Assembly (NCBI GenBank): GCA_951406725.2
Contig: OX597817.1
Coordinates: 22,568,001 to 22,632,000, forward strand
DNA length: 64,000 nucleotides
Direction: 5' to 3'
DNA from: Octopus vulgaris
Taxonomy: Eukaryota
The position numbers and the translations under genes were made by a program. Numbering within the stretch: the stretch's first letter is position 1; the number at the start of each line of letters is the position of its first letter. Under the pieces are notes generated by a model, which had not been told where the DNA came from, made no database searches, and was given only the letters and a program-made list of their open reading frames with translations. Below are positions 27,040 through 39,999 of the stretch, in pieces.

Positions 27040-27640
27040 GAGTCAAACACTACAAGCGTAGATATGACAAGGTAGCCCGAAACCTCCACTGGCTACGATG
27101 ACGGAAGTATGGATATGAGGTTATGGGTGCTTTGTACCAACATACACCGGAAAATGTAATGGACGAGAAGGGGAAGGCAAAAATCCTCTGGGACTTTGAC
27201 TTCCAGACAGACGAGGTGTTAGAATACCGAAGGCCGGATATAGTAATCTTTAGGAGGGACAAACAAGAGCGCCTAATAATTGACGTGGCAGTGTCAGGAG
27301 ATCAGCATATCATGAAAGAAAGAGAAAAATGTTGATAAATATGGAGATCTGAGAATTAGGACTGATAAGGTGTGGAAGCTACGAGAGTCGAACATAACGG
27401 TTATCCCTATTGTCATCGGATCACCCAATCTGTGAAATTAAAAAAAATCTGAAAGCATTAGACATAACCTACAATTTAAATATATTGCAAAAGTGTCGGC
27501 ATTATTGGGAACTGCACGTATATTGCGTAAAGTACTGTGTCTGAGGTCCTTGTTGTGACATGACAAACAGTACAATCCCCCGGTAGAACAATATCTTCAA
27601 TCAACCAACTCAAGATATTGATTTCTGTGTGACGTCAATA
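27040..27640 (+). mobile_element. RLE-LINE 3' end (R4/Dong-type)
   Basis: YKRRYDKVARNLHW..YQHTPENVMDEKGKAKILWDFDFQTDEVLEYRRPDIVIF...LIIDVAV; 3' UTR then (GAT/GAC)n. Confidence 0.85.
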
Positions 27641-27685
27641 ATGATGATGCTGATGATGACGACGACGACGACGACGATGATGATG

Positions 27686-28187
27686 TACTTGACAGAGCAA
27701 AAACTGGTACGACCGCAAACTCGAAGGCATCATCGAAAATGATAATGCAAAGATCCTATGGGATTTTATGATTCAGTGCGACCATGAGATAGAGAATAGG
27801 AAACCAGACATTCTTAATTGAGAAAGAAAACAAACTATGCTGGATCATAGATATAGCATGCCCAGCTGACAACAAGGTATGAGATAAGGAAGAAAGAAAA
27901 GTCGAAAGATATGACAGGTTAGCTTGGAAGGTTAAGTAGTTGTGGTCGATGAAAAAGGTGGTAGTAGTACGAATAATTGTCGGAACCCTAGGAACAGTGA
28001 GTAAAAATCATGAGAAGTTCGAGGAACGAATAGGGCTGCAATAAGGGTGGAGCACTTACAAAAAACAGCACTGCTTGGAACCGCTCGAATGCCCCGGGAG
28101 GTGCTCGAAAACTAAGGTGTTACTTTAGTTCACTGGTAGTGAATAGCTGGCAGCGTAATACATCACTGGCGTTAGAAATTGTGCAAA

Positions 28188-28190
<3 letters not shown>
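27686..28190 (+). mobile_element. RLE-LINE 3' end, second family
   Basis: NWYDRKLEGIIENDNAKILWDFMIQCDHEIENRKPDI..CWIIDIACPAD..QKTALLGTAR; ends in (TAA)n. Confidence 0.85.
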
Positions 28191-28264
<74 letters not shown>

Positions 28265-28275
28265 TGATGATGATG

Positions 28276-29113
28276 AAGATAAAGCACTGAAGAAGCACTT
28301 GATACTGAATGAAACTGAAAACAGGCAGATAAAGAAAGGAATGCATGGAGTATTTCATAGAGATGTTGAAGATAAGACAGACAGTGAAAAAAAGATGGCT
28401 ATGGATAACTAAAAGTGATTTAAAACGAAACGGAGGCTTTAATCTGTGCTGCCCAAGAGCAAGCATTAAGAACGAGTTACATCAAATACTGAATAGACAA
28501 CACATCAGAAAGTGATAAGTGCTGAATCTGTGAACAAAACGGTGAACTCGTATGGCATATTACGAGCCAATGTACGCCACTAGCCCAGAGAGAATATAAG
28601 AGACGTCATGACAATGTAGCCAGGCTTGTCCATTGGACTCTTTGCAACAATTATGGACTTGGCAGAGCAAAAAATTGGTACTACCAGAAACTTGAAGACA
28701 TCGTCGAAAATAGAAACGCAATGATCTTATGGGATTTAATGATTCAGTGCGACCATGGGATAGAGAATAGGAAGTCAGACATAATGTTAATTGAGAAAGA
28801 AAGCAAAAGGAAGAAAGAAAAGTCGAGAGGTATGACAGGCTAGCTTGGGAAGATAAGCTGTTGTGGTCGAGGTAAAAGGTAGCAGTAATACCAATAATTG
28901 TCGGATCCCTGGGAAAAGTGAGCAAAAATCTCAAGAAGTACGTGGAACAAATAGGGGCTGCAATAAGGATGGAGCATTAGCAGAAAACAGCACTGCTTGG
29001 AACCGCTCGAAATCTCCTGAAAGTGCTCGAAAAATAAGAGGTGTTACTTTAGTTCACTGGTAGTGAATAGCTGACACCGCAGTACATCTCCGCCGTTAGA
29101 AGCTGTGCAAAGG
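28276..29113 (+). mobile_element. RLE-LINE 3' part, same family as 27686-28190
   Basis: MHGVFHRD..LICAAQEQALRT..KC*IC..RRHDNVARLVHW; 28660-29113 aligns with 27686-28190; ends in (AAC/AAG)n. Confidence 0.85.
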
Positions 29114-31559
29114 CAACAAGAACAAGAACAAGAACAAGAACAACAACAACAACAACAACAACAATAATAACAATGATAATAATAACACTGCATCAACGGG
29201 ACTGAAAGATCATGCTGAAGAATACAGTTTTAGGTATACAAAAAGATAGGATGTTCATAACAGAAAGTCTCTTATCATAGGTTTTCTTAAACAGGCTTGA
29301 CCTTTGACTAAACAGCAACACTAACAACTCTCTTTAGGAACCAATGGTAAGGACCCTAAATTAATATATGTCTCAACACATCAATTATGCTTCAATGAAA
29401 TGATGTACATATAAAACAAACGAACCAGCAATCTCTATACATATTCAATGTAGAAAGTCAGAGGAATTCAATTCGTTGTAAAGTGGTATACGAAATTTTA
29501 TGCGTTCAGTTGTATGTGGCTGTTAAAATCTTCAGATGATAAAAAAAAAAGAACAAACGAGTGTTAATTGAGATCTAGGTCGAGAGTTCTCTAACCTTTT
29601 GGCGTCACCTCTCATATTCACATAGAACTTCTCCCGCTACACATCTGTGTTGTGATTATTCAAAAGAATACCTAGAAATTGTTAACTGTTATAAAACAGC
29701 AAGCAATTCTTTCACTATTGTTACAATGATTGGATGTTACATTCCATTTATTGGCTTCATACCTTGTATGTGTTTTCGTTATTCTGATTTAATTTTACAA
29801 TTGTTCTCCTCTTGTTCTTTTTGTTACTTTTTGTGTTCCGTTAATGCATTAGAAATTATGCTGGTAATAGGCTAACTAAGATCTAACTATTCAGTTTGTG
29901 AGCTGATTTTTGTGGTTTGGGAATGATTAAAGTTTGATGTGTAATACATCATTCTGAGAGAGCAAAGTTAAAAGCCATATTTTCAGACTCGGATTTTGTC
30001 AGTAGTCTGTGATGTATTTTATGGGTACTATGGGCGAAGCTGATGATAGTGATACTCTATTCCGGATTGCTGAATACATTTTGTTATATTGAAGAGGAAA
30101 TTAAACATATTCGCTTCAACTTCAACAATTCTACTCGTATCTTTATTCATAAAAACGTTGTCATCAACAAAATATCAGACAGTCAATTCCGGGCTGAAAA
30201 AAGTAACTTCTTTCTGTTGTCTTCCCTCTTTATCAAACGCATGACTATTCGTGCTATCATAGTCATGGTGATCCCGATTTCTAAACATAAGTTTTATAGA
30301 AATGGACAGCCAAATAACTTCAGTTCCACAAATCAAATGTCTTTGCTATACAGTCATGTAAATAAATAGATGTAAATACAATAAGATTGCTTAGAAACTG
30401 GTTTGACATTATTAGAGTAAACAAACTGACAACTCTCAAACAATTGAATGTTTGTCCCATGGCTACCAGCATGCAGAGTTAGATAGTATCGTTGTGATTA
30501 TGTATATATAACGTATTCATTCCTTTTTAAATGTGTGTAACGAGAAAGAAGACATCAGCTTAGATTTTTCATATCTCTCTTCATAGATCTCTCCTATGCT
30601 AGAGTATTTCTTTTCAGACATGACAACACATTTCCCATTAAATTAAAAAAAAAAATCATGCTGCTTTGAAAGAAAAGACACTGCAAAATAAACAAAAAAA
30701 TACAATATACAATAAAATAATAATTTGAGAACAACGTTACTATTAACAATAACCTGGGGAAATTTCGGATACAGTTAAATGAACAAAGGATGTTTCATTA
30801 TTTGAATTATTTTTTGAAACGAATATAAATTACAATGGATTTCAAATGGTATGTCAAATTTATTGCAGCGGTCTGTAATGAATAGTCACCACAGACTGCT
30901 TCAATGAATTTGATATAACTTTTAATCTTTTTCACAGACATAACATGTTTAAAGTGTATAGAAAAGGAAATGATACATGCTTGAGAGGGACATTAATATT
31001 GGCCTTCTCATAACCATGGATTATGCAAATAGTACTTTACATAGTTCTTTGTTGTTTTGAACTGATTTGCTTGCCGGGATTCCTCTGTAATCCATTTACA
31101 TATCCACAAGATAGAGAATATTATGTCTAATGCAGGTAACTGAAATCAAAGTGTACTTAAATATGGCTAGTAGAGTTTATGTAATCGCTCGACCTGTTCA
31201 ACGAAGAAAACGCAATTCTCTCAAATCATGACATCTGGAAAGAAGGTTGTATGGTTAATTATTTTTAATCATAAGTCTGCTTTATCAGTAGTAACTTGGA
31301 GTTAAACATCATCAAAATCCACGTTCAGGTGTATGTTAAGTTGCTTGTAGAATCATAGTCCTTCTGCATGAGCAATCCTACTTTTTCATAGCCTTTTCGA
31401 CTGCTTTATTTAGATGAGTTCATTTCGATGCTACAAGGTGAGGAATAACTTATTGATATTGCAGGACTGTCATTAAACGGCGGTCCAGTCTACAGACAGG
31501 GTATATAAGGGAGTCATTTCAAAATCACATGCGTTTAAAAACGGAAAAAAAAAAAGAAA

Positions 31560-32460
31560 TAGCATTCAGCCAACACATCGAAATTTGCGCCAATAACAAA
31601 GATCCAAGCTCCAGAATTTTCCCCCTCTACCAAGTTAGGGACGATACAACCTGCAGCCAACGAATTAGAAAAGAGACTCTCTTTATTACAAAATACAGAT
31701 CCCTTTTGAACGCATCTACAACAAACGATATATCCACCACGGCCTTAGAATAACACAAACACACACACAAATATTAAAAATAATACACATAAGAGATACC
31801 CAAGAATTCATTAGAAAACAGTCCCAATCACTGCTATAATCCACAACAAATCCCTTTTAGGGTACTTGGCCATTGAACATCCTACTACTACCGTACCACC
31901 TGCATTCCCTTATTATTCTCTCTCCTCTTCCCCCTCCTTCTTCTTCGTGTTCTTCCTCTCCGCCACCTCGTTTCTTTCTTTATTACATTGCTGTTTAGAA
32001 TAACACCTACGCAAATATAAACAACACATTCAAATGAGATGTCCCGAGAATTCAATCACTACTACCATCCACAACAAGTCACCTTCGACGCTCTTGACCA
32101 TTTAACATCCTACTATTATCATGGCACTCCCGCATTCTTCTTCTTCTTCTTCTTCTTCTTCTTCTTCTTCTTCTTCTTCTTCTTCTTCTTCTTCTTCTTC
32201 TTCTTCTTCTTCTCTGCCAACAATTCACAGCGACCTCGAAACTCACAAGAGTAAACAAGGAAAATTCCCCTTGTATTTGAATACTATGCAAATATTCTTT
32301 TAAAAAACTTTTCTTTTAATTTATCCAAAATTTAATTGTTTTCCATACTTACAGTTGAAAAAGTCTCAATGACTGAAACCGGTACTGAAATGTTTTCTAT
32401 AAAATTATTTTAGCATTTTCTACCTTGACTTTTTTACCATATATATCAACTCATGTGTTT
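31560..32460 (+). mobile_element. Penelope-like element 3' end (GIY-YIG C-terminus plus pseudo-LTR region)
   Basis: IAFSQHIEICANNKDPSSRIFPLYQV...RIRKETLFITKYRSLLN is homologous to the C-terminus of the GIY-YIG fragment at 45670-45830; terminal hammerhead motif; ends in a (CA)(TA) repeat. Confidence 0.75.
32352..32387 (+). ncRNA. Minimal type I hammerhead ribozyme-like motif, U3:A8 core variant
   Basis: CAG-TTGAAAA-AGTC-TCAAT-GACT-GAA-ACCGGT-A-CTG: stem I CAG/CTG, core UUGAAAA, 4-bp stem II, GAAA, palindromic stem III ACCGGT, GUA cleavage triplet. Confidence 0.7.
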
Positions 32461-32499
32461 CTTTCCAACCTTCTACACACACACACACACACACACACA

Positions 32500-32547
<48 letters not shown>

Positions 32548-33354
32548 ATTGTCCTGGTATTACTTAATAGAGCTCTGGTTCAGGTGTTCTAGTGATTCGA
32601 GGAGCCACTATTATTTTCCTGGTCTGATCTGATCTGGACTAGTAGCACCTGCGACGACACCCGCTGCAGGTTAACTACCATATGTGATGGCAATCCATTT
32701 ATGTGCGGGGATGTAGAAGTATCCTTGGTAAATGTCAGGGTGCTCAGTAATGCCACCAGCTGTGAAGAAGCCGTTGCTATCGTGACAGCATTCTTTGAGG
32801 AGAGTGACACTGATGTAAAACCTGCGGTTTTATGTGATTACTGCTCGTCGCGCTTCGGCCGGTACTTATACTAAACAACAGACAGTCAGAAAGTGAAACT
32901 CGCCTTGTAGAATCGTTTATCTGTATAGTCCAGTACGTGCAGATATCTTTGGTGACCTCATTTGTTATGTCATCTACTTAAAGTATCATGACAATAGAAA
33001 AGTGGCTAAGTTGGAAGGGCGAAGTAACAACTTCCAGATGTTACAGGTTTGCAACAGCACCGAATAGTCAACCGAGATGTCTTGGCGCGGAAAATCAAAG
33101 TTGTTACTGGAGCAATCAACGTATATACATACATATATATATGTACGTACATACATGCATAACCAAGCATGCGCGCACACACACGCATATATACACGCAT
33201 ACATACTAATGAAGATATATGTGAGTGTGAGAATGTGTGTGTATGTATATATGTATGTGTGTATACGTGCGTATAGCGTGTATGTACCATACGTGTACTC
33301 TGTAAGGTAGTCTGATAAGGACTGATGATGGTGTACATATAACTATACATTTAC

Positions 33355-33363
33355 ACATGTATA

Positions 33364-33427
<64 letters not shown>

Positions 33428-33900
33428 ATGTATATATAAATATATATATATATGTATCTATATATATATATGTATATATATATGTGTATATATTTTATGT
33501 AAATGTCTATATGATATATTTATATATCTATACATAAATATATATTATGCCAGTGTGTGTGTATGTATATATATGTATGTATTCATATGTATGCATATGT
33601 ATATACATACATACATACATACACACACATATATGTATGTATTCATATGTATGCATATGTATATACATACATATATATATATGTTTTGTATAAAACATGT
33701 CTATATATTTACATTATGTATGTATGCGTTTGTGTGTTTGTGTGTATGTTATATACATACATACGCATGCTCACTCGCATATAAGAATGGTGTGCTTTGG
33801 CTTGTGTTTGTGTCTGTGCGTTTGAGAGAGAGAGAGAGAGAGGGGGAGGGAAGAGAGAGAAAGAGAGAATGAGAAAAAGTGAGAGAGAGAGGGAGAGAAG
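33355..33900. repeat. Compound (TA)/(TG)/(GA) microsatellite
   Basis: Directly visible. Confidence 0.95.
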
Positions 33901-34294
33901 GAAGAGAGAATAGCGAGGAAATATCAATAATAAGTTCGAAGAGATAAATCTAAAAGGGAATTCCATTTATATTTATTCTAAAGTAAGTGCTGCTTCTGTT
34001 TTCAAATGGTACACTTGTTTACGTTCAACCTGAGAGTCATCAACAGAGAGCAGGTGTTTATTTCACTCTATAACCTGCTAAATAAAGACGAAGCTTTCAT
34101 CCCTTTTCTTTTTTTTTTTTTCGCTTTTCTTTCCTTTATCGTAAAATTTTTAAAGAATTAACATGAAAGAGATTGTATATACAAGTATCTTAATTATGTT
34201 TTGCTACGCTGTTGATGGTGTTTTGAAAGATTTTCTTGAATCCTTTAAATATACATGTATGTATAAGCATGTATGTTTGTATGAATGAATGTAT

Positions 34295-34345
34295 GTATGT
34301 ATGCATGAATGAATGAATGAATATATTTTTGCATATATGTACGTA

Positions 34346-34390
<45 letters not shown>

Positions 34391-34552
34391 GAAACAATTT
34401 GCATTATATGTATATTATGTGTAGTTATATATATTATATATAGTTTATATATTTATATATTTATATTTATGTGTTTATATATATATGTATATTATATGTG
34501 TGTATGTATGCATGAATGAATGAATGAATGTATATTTGCATATATGTACGTA

Positions 34553-34591
<39 letters not shown>

Positions 34592-34905
34592 GAAACAATT
34601 TGCATTATATGTATATTATGTGTAGTTATATATATATATAGTTTATATATTCATATATTTATATTTATGTGTTTATATATATATGTATATTATATGTGTG
34701 TATGTATTCATGAATGAATGAATGAATTATATTTGCATATATGTACGTATGTGCTTTTTTTTATATATATATATATATATATACGAAACAATTTGCATTA
34801 TATGTATATTATGTGTAGTTATATATATTATATATAGTTTATATATTTATATATTTATATTTATGTGTTTATATATATATGTATATTATATGTGTGTATG
34901 TATGT
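34295..34905. repeat. About 200-210 bp minisatellite, 3 copies
   Basis: Marker CGAAACAATTTGCATTATATGTATATTATGTGTAG recurs at about 34390, 34591 and 34784. Confidence 0.9.
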
Positions 34906-37900
34906 ATAGATATATTTATACATGGACGCACTCACATATATGCATACTGAATGTTGTATCCATATTCATCTGCGTACAAGCATTACGTTTCAAACTCTGA
35001 ATTATATACGTGTAAGTCCACTGATGCATAAAAGGATACTTGAATATATTTCAGCGTACATACATGAGAATATTTTTAGGCATTGTACGAAAATGTCATA
35101 TAGCACTCTAAGGTATTTGAGTTATTCATTGTAAATTATTTAAACATGTGTAATCTTAGTGCGAAAGCATGTCAACCCATAACAAAAAAAATGTTTCGAA
35201 AAATATCATGTGAAGAGCAAACTAATTATCTCTATTTCAACACTCATGGGTTTAGTCATTAGCTATGAATTAACCGCATCTCACCTTTTGCTAAAAATTC
35301 AACGTTTTGTTGTAATATTTTTGCGTGTAGACATTGCTGATTCTAAAACAAAACGGGGAAATAAAGCCTCTGGTTGGGAGTGGTGTGGAAAGACAGCTTA
35401 TTATCTCATCGCTGCTGTTTTAGTTCAGAGAGTTATTTGACGAGCAAAAACGGATAAACATTTATGTAAGCCGATGCTTTAGAAGGTTTCTGCAATTTTA
35501 CTCCATAACATTGATTTTCACTGAAATAATCCAACGGTTCGGCAAAAGAAAAAAAAAAATATTCTTAATGCAGTATATGAGTTTGATGAAAGCGCAGCAC
35601 TGCGGAATAAAGAAGAATATTATTATATTAAAGTTTTTGATTGTAACAAATCTGAACGCGAAACGGATAATTGCTTGTCAAATGTTTATTGACAAAATGA
35701 ATGTCAACGACCCTCTGTTACTGTGTGTGTCTTAGTTTTAACCTGCGATAACATAATCTGCATACTGGAGATCAATTCAGGATGTAGACGTAGATTTTCT
35801 TCTGACAAAGGATTTGCTAGAGTTAAATAATTTTGCATTTAGTTATTACGATTAGAGCACGAAATGAGAGTTTCGTCAGTGTCTGTTCAAACTCAGCCGA
35901 GAGAAGGGGGGGGAAGAAAGCAAAGAAAAAGGCGTAGGGTCAGCTATCCATCCCTGGCTTACTCCAGTACTTAGTTCATTCTGATTTGTAATAGAATACT
36001 TGCAACGTACTGCAGTTTTCTTGTGCAGTGTTCACTAATTTGTGATCAGTCATATTTGATAAACACTTTTTACGGTGCTTCAGGATTAACAGAATCAAAT
36101 GCCTTGGAGAGGAAAGAATTCCCTTTTTTGTCTTTAAGTTATAGGTGCTCATAACTCTTGACAGGATATCCGAGACTAGTGGGTAGGAGGGGGAACATAT
36201 CCTCAAACCAGGGACCTGTACCAAAATGCTTGCAAATGTATGGACTCTGCTAAAGGTATTCGAAACGATATCTGAAAACTATACTCAAAGTAGGTCATAG
36301 TCGAATTTGAATTAGGAACTCAAGGAGCTGGAAGAACTACCTGAAGACTTTTTGCCCGACGTTCTTACAGTTCCTCTAATACATCACTCTGGTTGGTACT
36401 TATTTTGTCGATCTTGAAAGAATGAAAAAATGAAGTGGGCCTCGACTGAATTTGAATTTAGAGTCTGAACTACCGCATCACAAAGTTTCTTGTAGGTGAG
36501 TATACAATAGTATGCCAGGTGGTATAGTAAAGAAGAGCCTTAGAAATTTTCCTGCAGGTGAGGAAAGAGATATTTCTCCGTTGTTGCCAATATGAGATTT
36601 GGCTCCTTCTAGAACTCTGGAGCATGTTAATAATGATTACATCTCTGAGACCGGTTGATGCTTCTTTTTGAAGATACACTATCAAAAAGAGAGGATAAAT
36701 CTTTGTAGTCAGAGTTTATATATTTCAGCGAAATCTCACACACTCATGTGTCTTGTAGCTAAATTGTTCGTCATTAATTTTTATACGATGTTCTCCAGAT
36801 GAACAAGATTCAATTACCAAAACTTGTACCGGCTTATATAATAAAAGGGGTCGAACTCCTAACATAAATAAATGAAGTCTAGCAGCATGTCGGAACCTCG
36901 TCCAGCTATTTGTGTACACGAGCAGAATGGACAGAAAAGGGACATTTTACAATATTCCAGTAATCTTTTACAGAACACAAAAGCCGGTGAGGAAGTATCA
37001 TACCGAGTAAGATGTGCCAAAGCAATCTTTTGTCGTGTATAGAGGCGGTTATATGTAGTTCACGAACGTATAAGCTCATGATCTTATAAATATACAAGGC
37101 ATTAAGGCATTCGCAATACCCATTTATTTATGAACCCAGAAATTGAAAACAGAGGGTTACCTACTTGCAAACAAATCTGGTAACATATAACAATATTGAC
37201 CAAGGTTACCATGGTCTTTTTCGTAGGCTTTTCTTCCCACGGATAAACCTTACTTGCTTTCCCCCTTTACACCATACATCATAACACTGTGATACACGAT
37301 CCCTATTGATCGTTTTTCTCCTCTTCCCCTTTTTTTCTTCTATTTTTCATTTCTCTTTGCTTTCGATCCTTTTTTCTTTTTTTTCTTTTTTGTTCTTTTT
37401 TCCCCCTTTACATTCCCTTTTGATCGAAAACCTACGCCACCTTTTTTTTGTTTCTTTTGTTTTTTGTTTTTGTTTTTTTCATCCCCCAAAAGAAAAGCTC
37501 TACCTTGTAACTTGTCCCATCTGTGTGCAGCCCTGTGTGGCCAATAAAGAAACTTATTTATACGGATTTGAAATGTGGTCATGTTATAGGCAACATTTCA
37601 ATAATCAAGAAATACATTAGAAATCTCTTACGAAAAATCGTGTACTTCCAATGGCAGAACATGTGCACAATCAAAAAACATCGTATTTTCTTCTACATTG
37701 AAACGATTAGTAACTGCCATTAGTTTCTATCGACTGGCTATATTGTGAAAATGCGAGTTAATCGGTTGCACAAACAACGGGTTTAATCTCAGATCAATGA
37801 AACAAAATGCACGACGATGGCAAAGAGGAAGGATTTAAAGATATACTTAAAGAAAATTTGTAACTGCATCGATATGTACGATTTAGATTCATCGGCTAAT

Positions 37901-39893
37901 ACCTGATGCAGTCATCTATAGAGGGGGTAAAATAATTTTGACATGGTTAGAACCGAACATCACAAAAATAATTAGGAGTATAGAGAGAATCACTAGGTGA
38001 CCAGTACAGCGCTTCATCTGTTTACCTGTCATGAAGCATCAAATACTCAGTATCGACTAGATCAAAGAATGACCCAAATAATTATATGCTGGTCCACCAA
38101 GATTAATTCTGGTGCTTAATCCTTGACCCCGAGGAACTACCAACAGCAGAACTATTTGTAAGAATGGCAAAGTTTCATATAAATCAAAAACTATTACACA
38201 AAAGGAAAAAAATAAGTTATCAAGTGAGAAGTTAGTAGAAACCATTGCCGCATCTGTACTTATAGCAACTCCTTGTCTAGCTTCTAAACACACACACACA
38301 TAGACACACACAAGCACGTGCGCACATACATACACACGCACACACACACATATCAATACACACACAAGCTTACAAATACATATACACAAACATAGCAACG
38401 CTGATACAAACATAAATAAACATAGGCGCGTGCGCGTGGCTATAGGTAGCTAAAATCAAAGGAAATAATTTATCTGAACTTGTCACCACCACCTAGGAAC
38501 GAGTATATCTTTTTTTAATGATGAGAATCAGTTTTGAAATAGTGTTAATTCGATCACTGTTTGATGTCTTATTGTTTTACCCCCTTTGCTAGATATATTA
38601 ACCAGATATAAGTGTCAGCTGACACTTTTGTAATTAATTTCTATATTTTTTCTCTTGTTTGTTTGATCTATGGTCCAATATCTATCAAATATCATATCTA
38701 TTAAATACGAAGACTGTGAAAGGGTGAAATAAAAGTTAAAACATATATAAATTCTTATAACATTATATATATAAAAAAAGCTACAATAAAAAAGAGAACA
38801 AAAACAGAAAAACATGTCTGAAAAACAAACAAACAAAAAACCCTCCAAAAATATAACAATAAAATTTGTTGCACTTCTAAAGAAAAGATATCGTTTTGTA
38901 TTTCGTATCTATGAAGAACAAACGATGATAAGTGTTGGATTTATTATAAGCAAGTTCAAAGTAGAACTTTAAAAAAGACCAGAGGAGAATCGATATTTTA
39001 GGTTAGTGAGTACGACTGTTTGTAAGGTGTTGCTGCGTGAGGCGGAGGTAATCACTACTCACGTGACTCTTCTACCTCCCCTTTTACTACTACTACTACT
39101 ACTACCACTACTGCTACTGCTGCTGCTGCTGCTGCTGCTAGGTTGTTTCAGTGAAGTGCTCAATACTGAAGTGAAATCTATATGTTGTGTACGAGCATAA
39201 TAAATGCAAACCACATTCATAGAGATGTACCTGCTATGTTCACTGTGTTAGGATTCCGTTCACGAAACGATGAACGTTATGATAGCTGTTCAAGATTTAA
39301 GAAATATATTCAAAGTTTTGTAAAAATATATTTTTTTTAAATATTTGTAAACTTTACATATAACAAGAACAGAACATATCACCATTAATTGTATCAGTTC
39401 TGCAGAGTGACTTAGAGCGCAACGAAAAATCACAAAGAAGCAAAGTCTGAAGCATCATGAGATACATCAGTCTATCTCATATAAACGCTTCAGGTAGCAT
39501 ATTCAGTCAACCGAACTCAGTTCAAAAGAAAATTCTTTAGATCATCGCACTTAATGTAGCTGAAGTTGCCAAATAATTCCCCTGTTCACGGCTTCTACAG
39601 AAGAAAAACGCCATAAACATCTTTCATCACAGTAATATTTTCTGCAGTACTACACCATGAAATGCACATGAGATACTGCCTTTCAAATCCTATACAGCCA
39701 CGTCAGTATGAAATAAATAATTATTTAAAGGCAACTACATTTACACAACATTCTCGATGCCGGATGCCACCACAAAATATTGGATCGACACACACGATAA
39801 CGCCACTGGGCCTTAAAATAACATCCCATCGTTTCATTAAAAAAAAATACACGATGGATAACGCGGTCTCGTGTTCCTTGCACATAGAAAAAT

Positions 39894-39995
39894 TGTTATG
39901 GCGAGAATCCTGACACCCCCTGTGAGAATGGACTAGCTGAACTCTTATAAGTAGCACAGTGTTTGACTGAGAGTGTGAGATTAAAATTCGCATCT
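39894..39995 (+). mobile_element. Partial 5' LTR-like sequence
   Basis: TGTTATGGCGAGAATCCTGACACCCCCTGTGAGAATGGACTAGCTGAA..TTTGACTGAGAG is a diverged direct repeat of the start of the LTR at 43413. Confidence 0.7.
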
Positions 39996-39999
39996 TCTT

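Noticed and set aside
36470-37560. Possible L1/Tx1-like 3' end (pyrimidine-rich tract then AATAAAGAAA at about 37543)
   Set aside because: No convincing protein motif could be read; too degraded to support a call.
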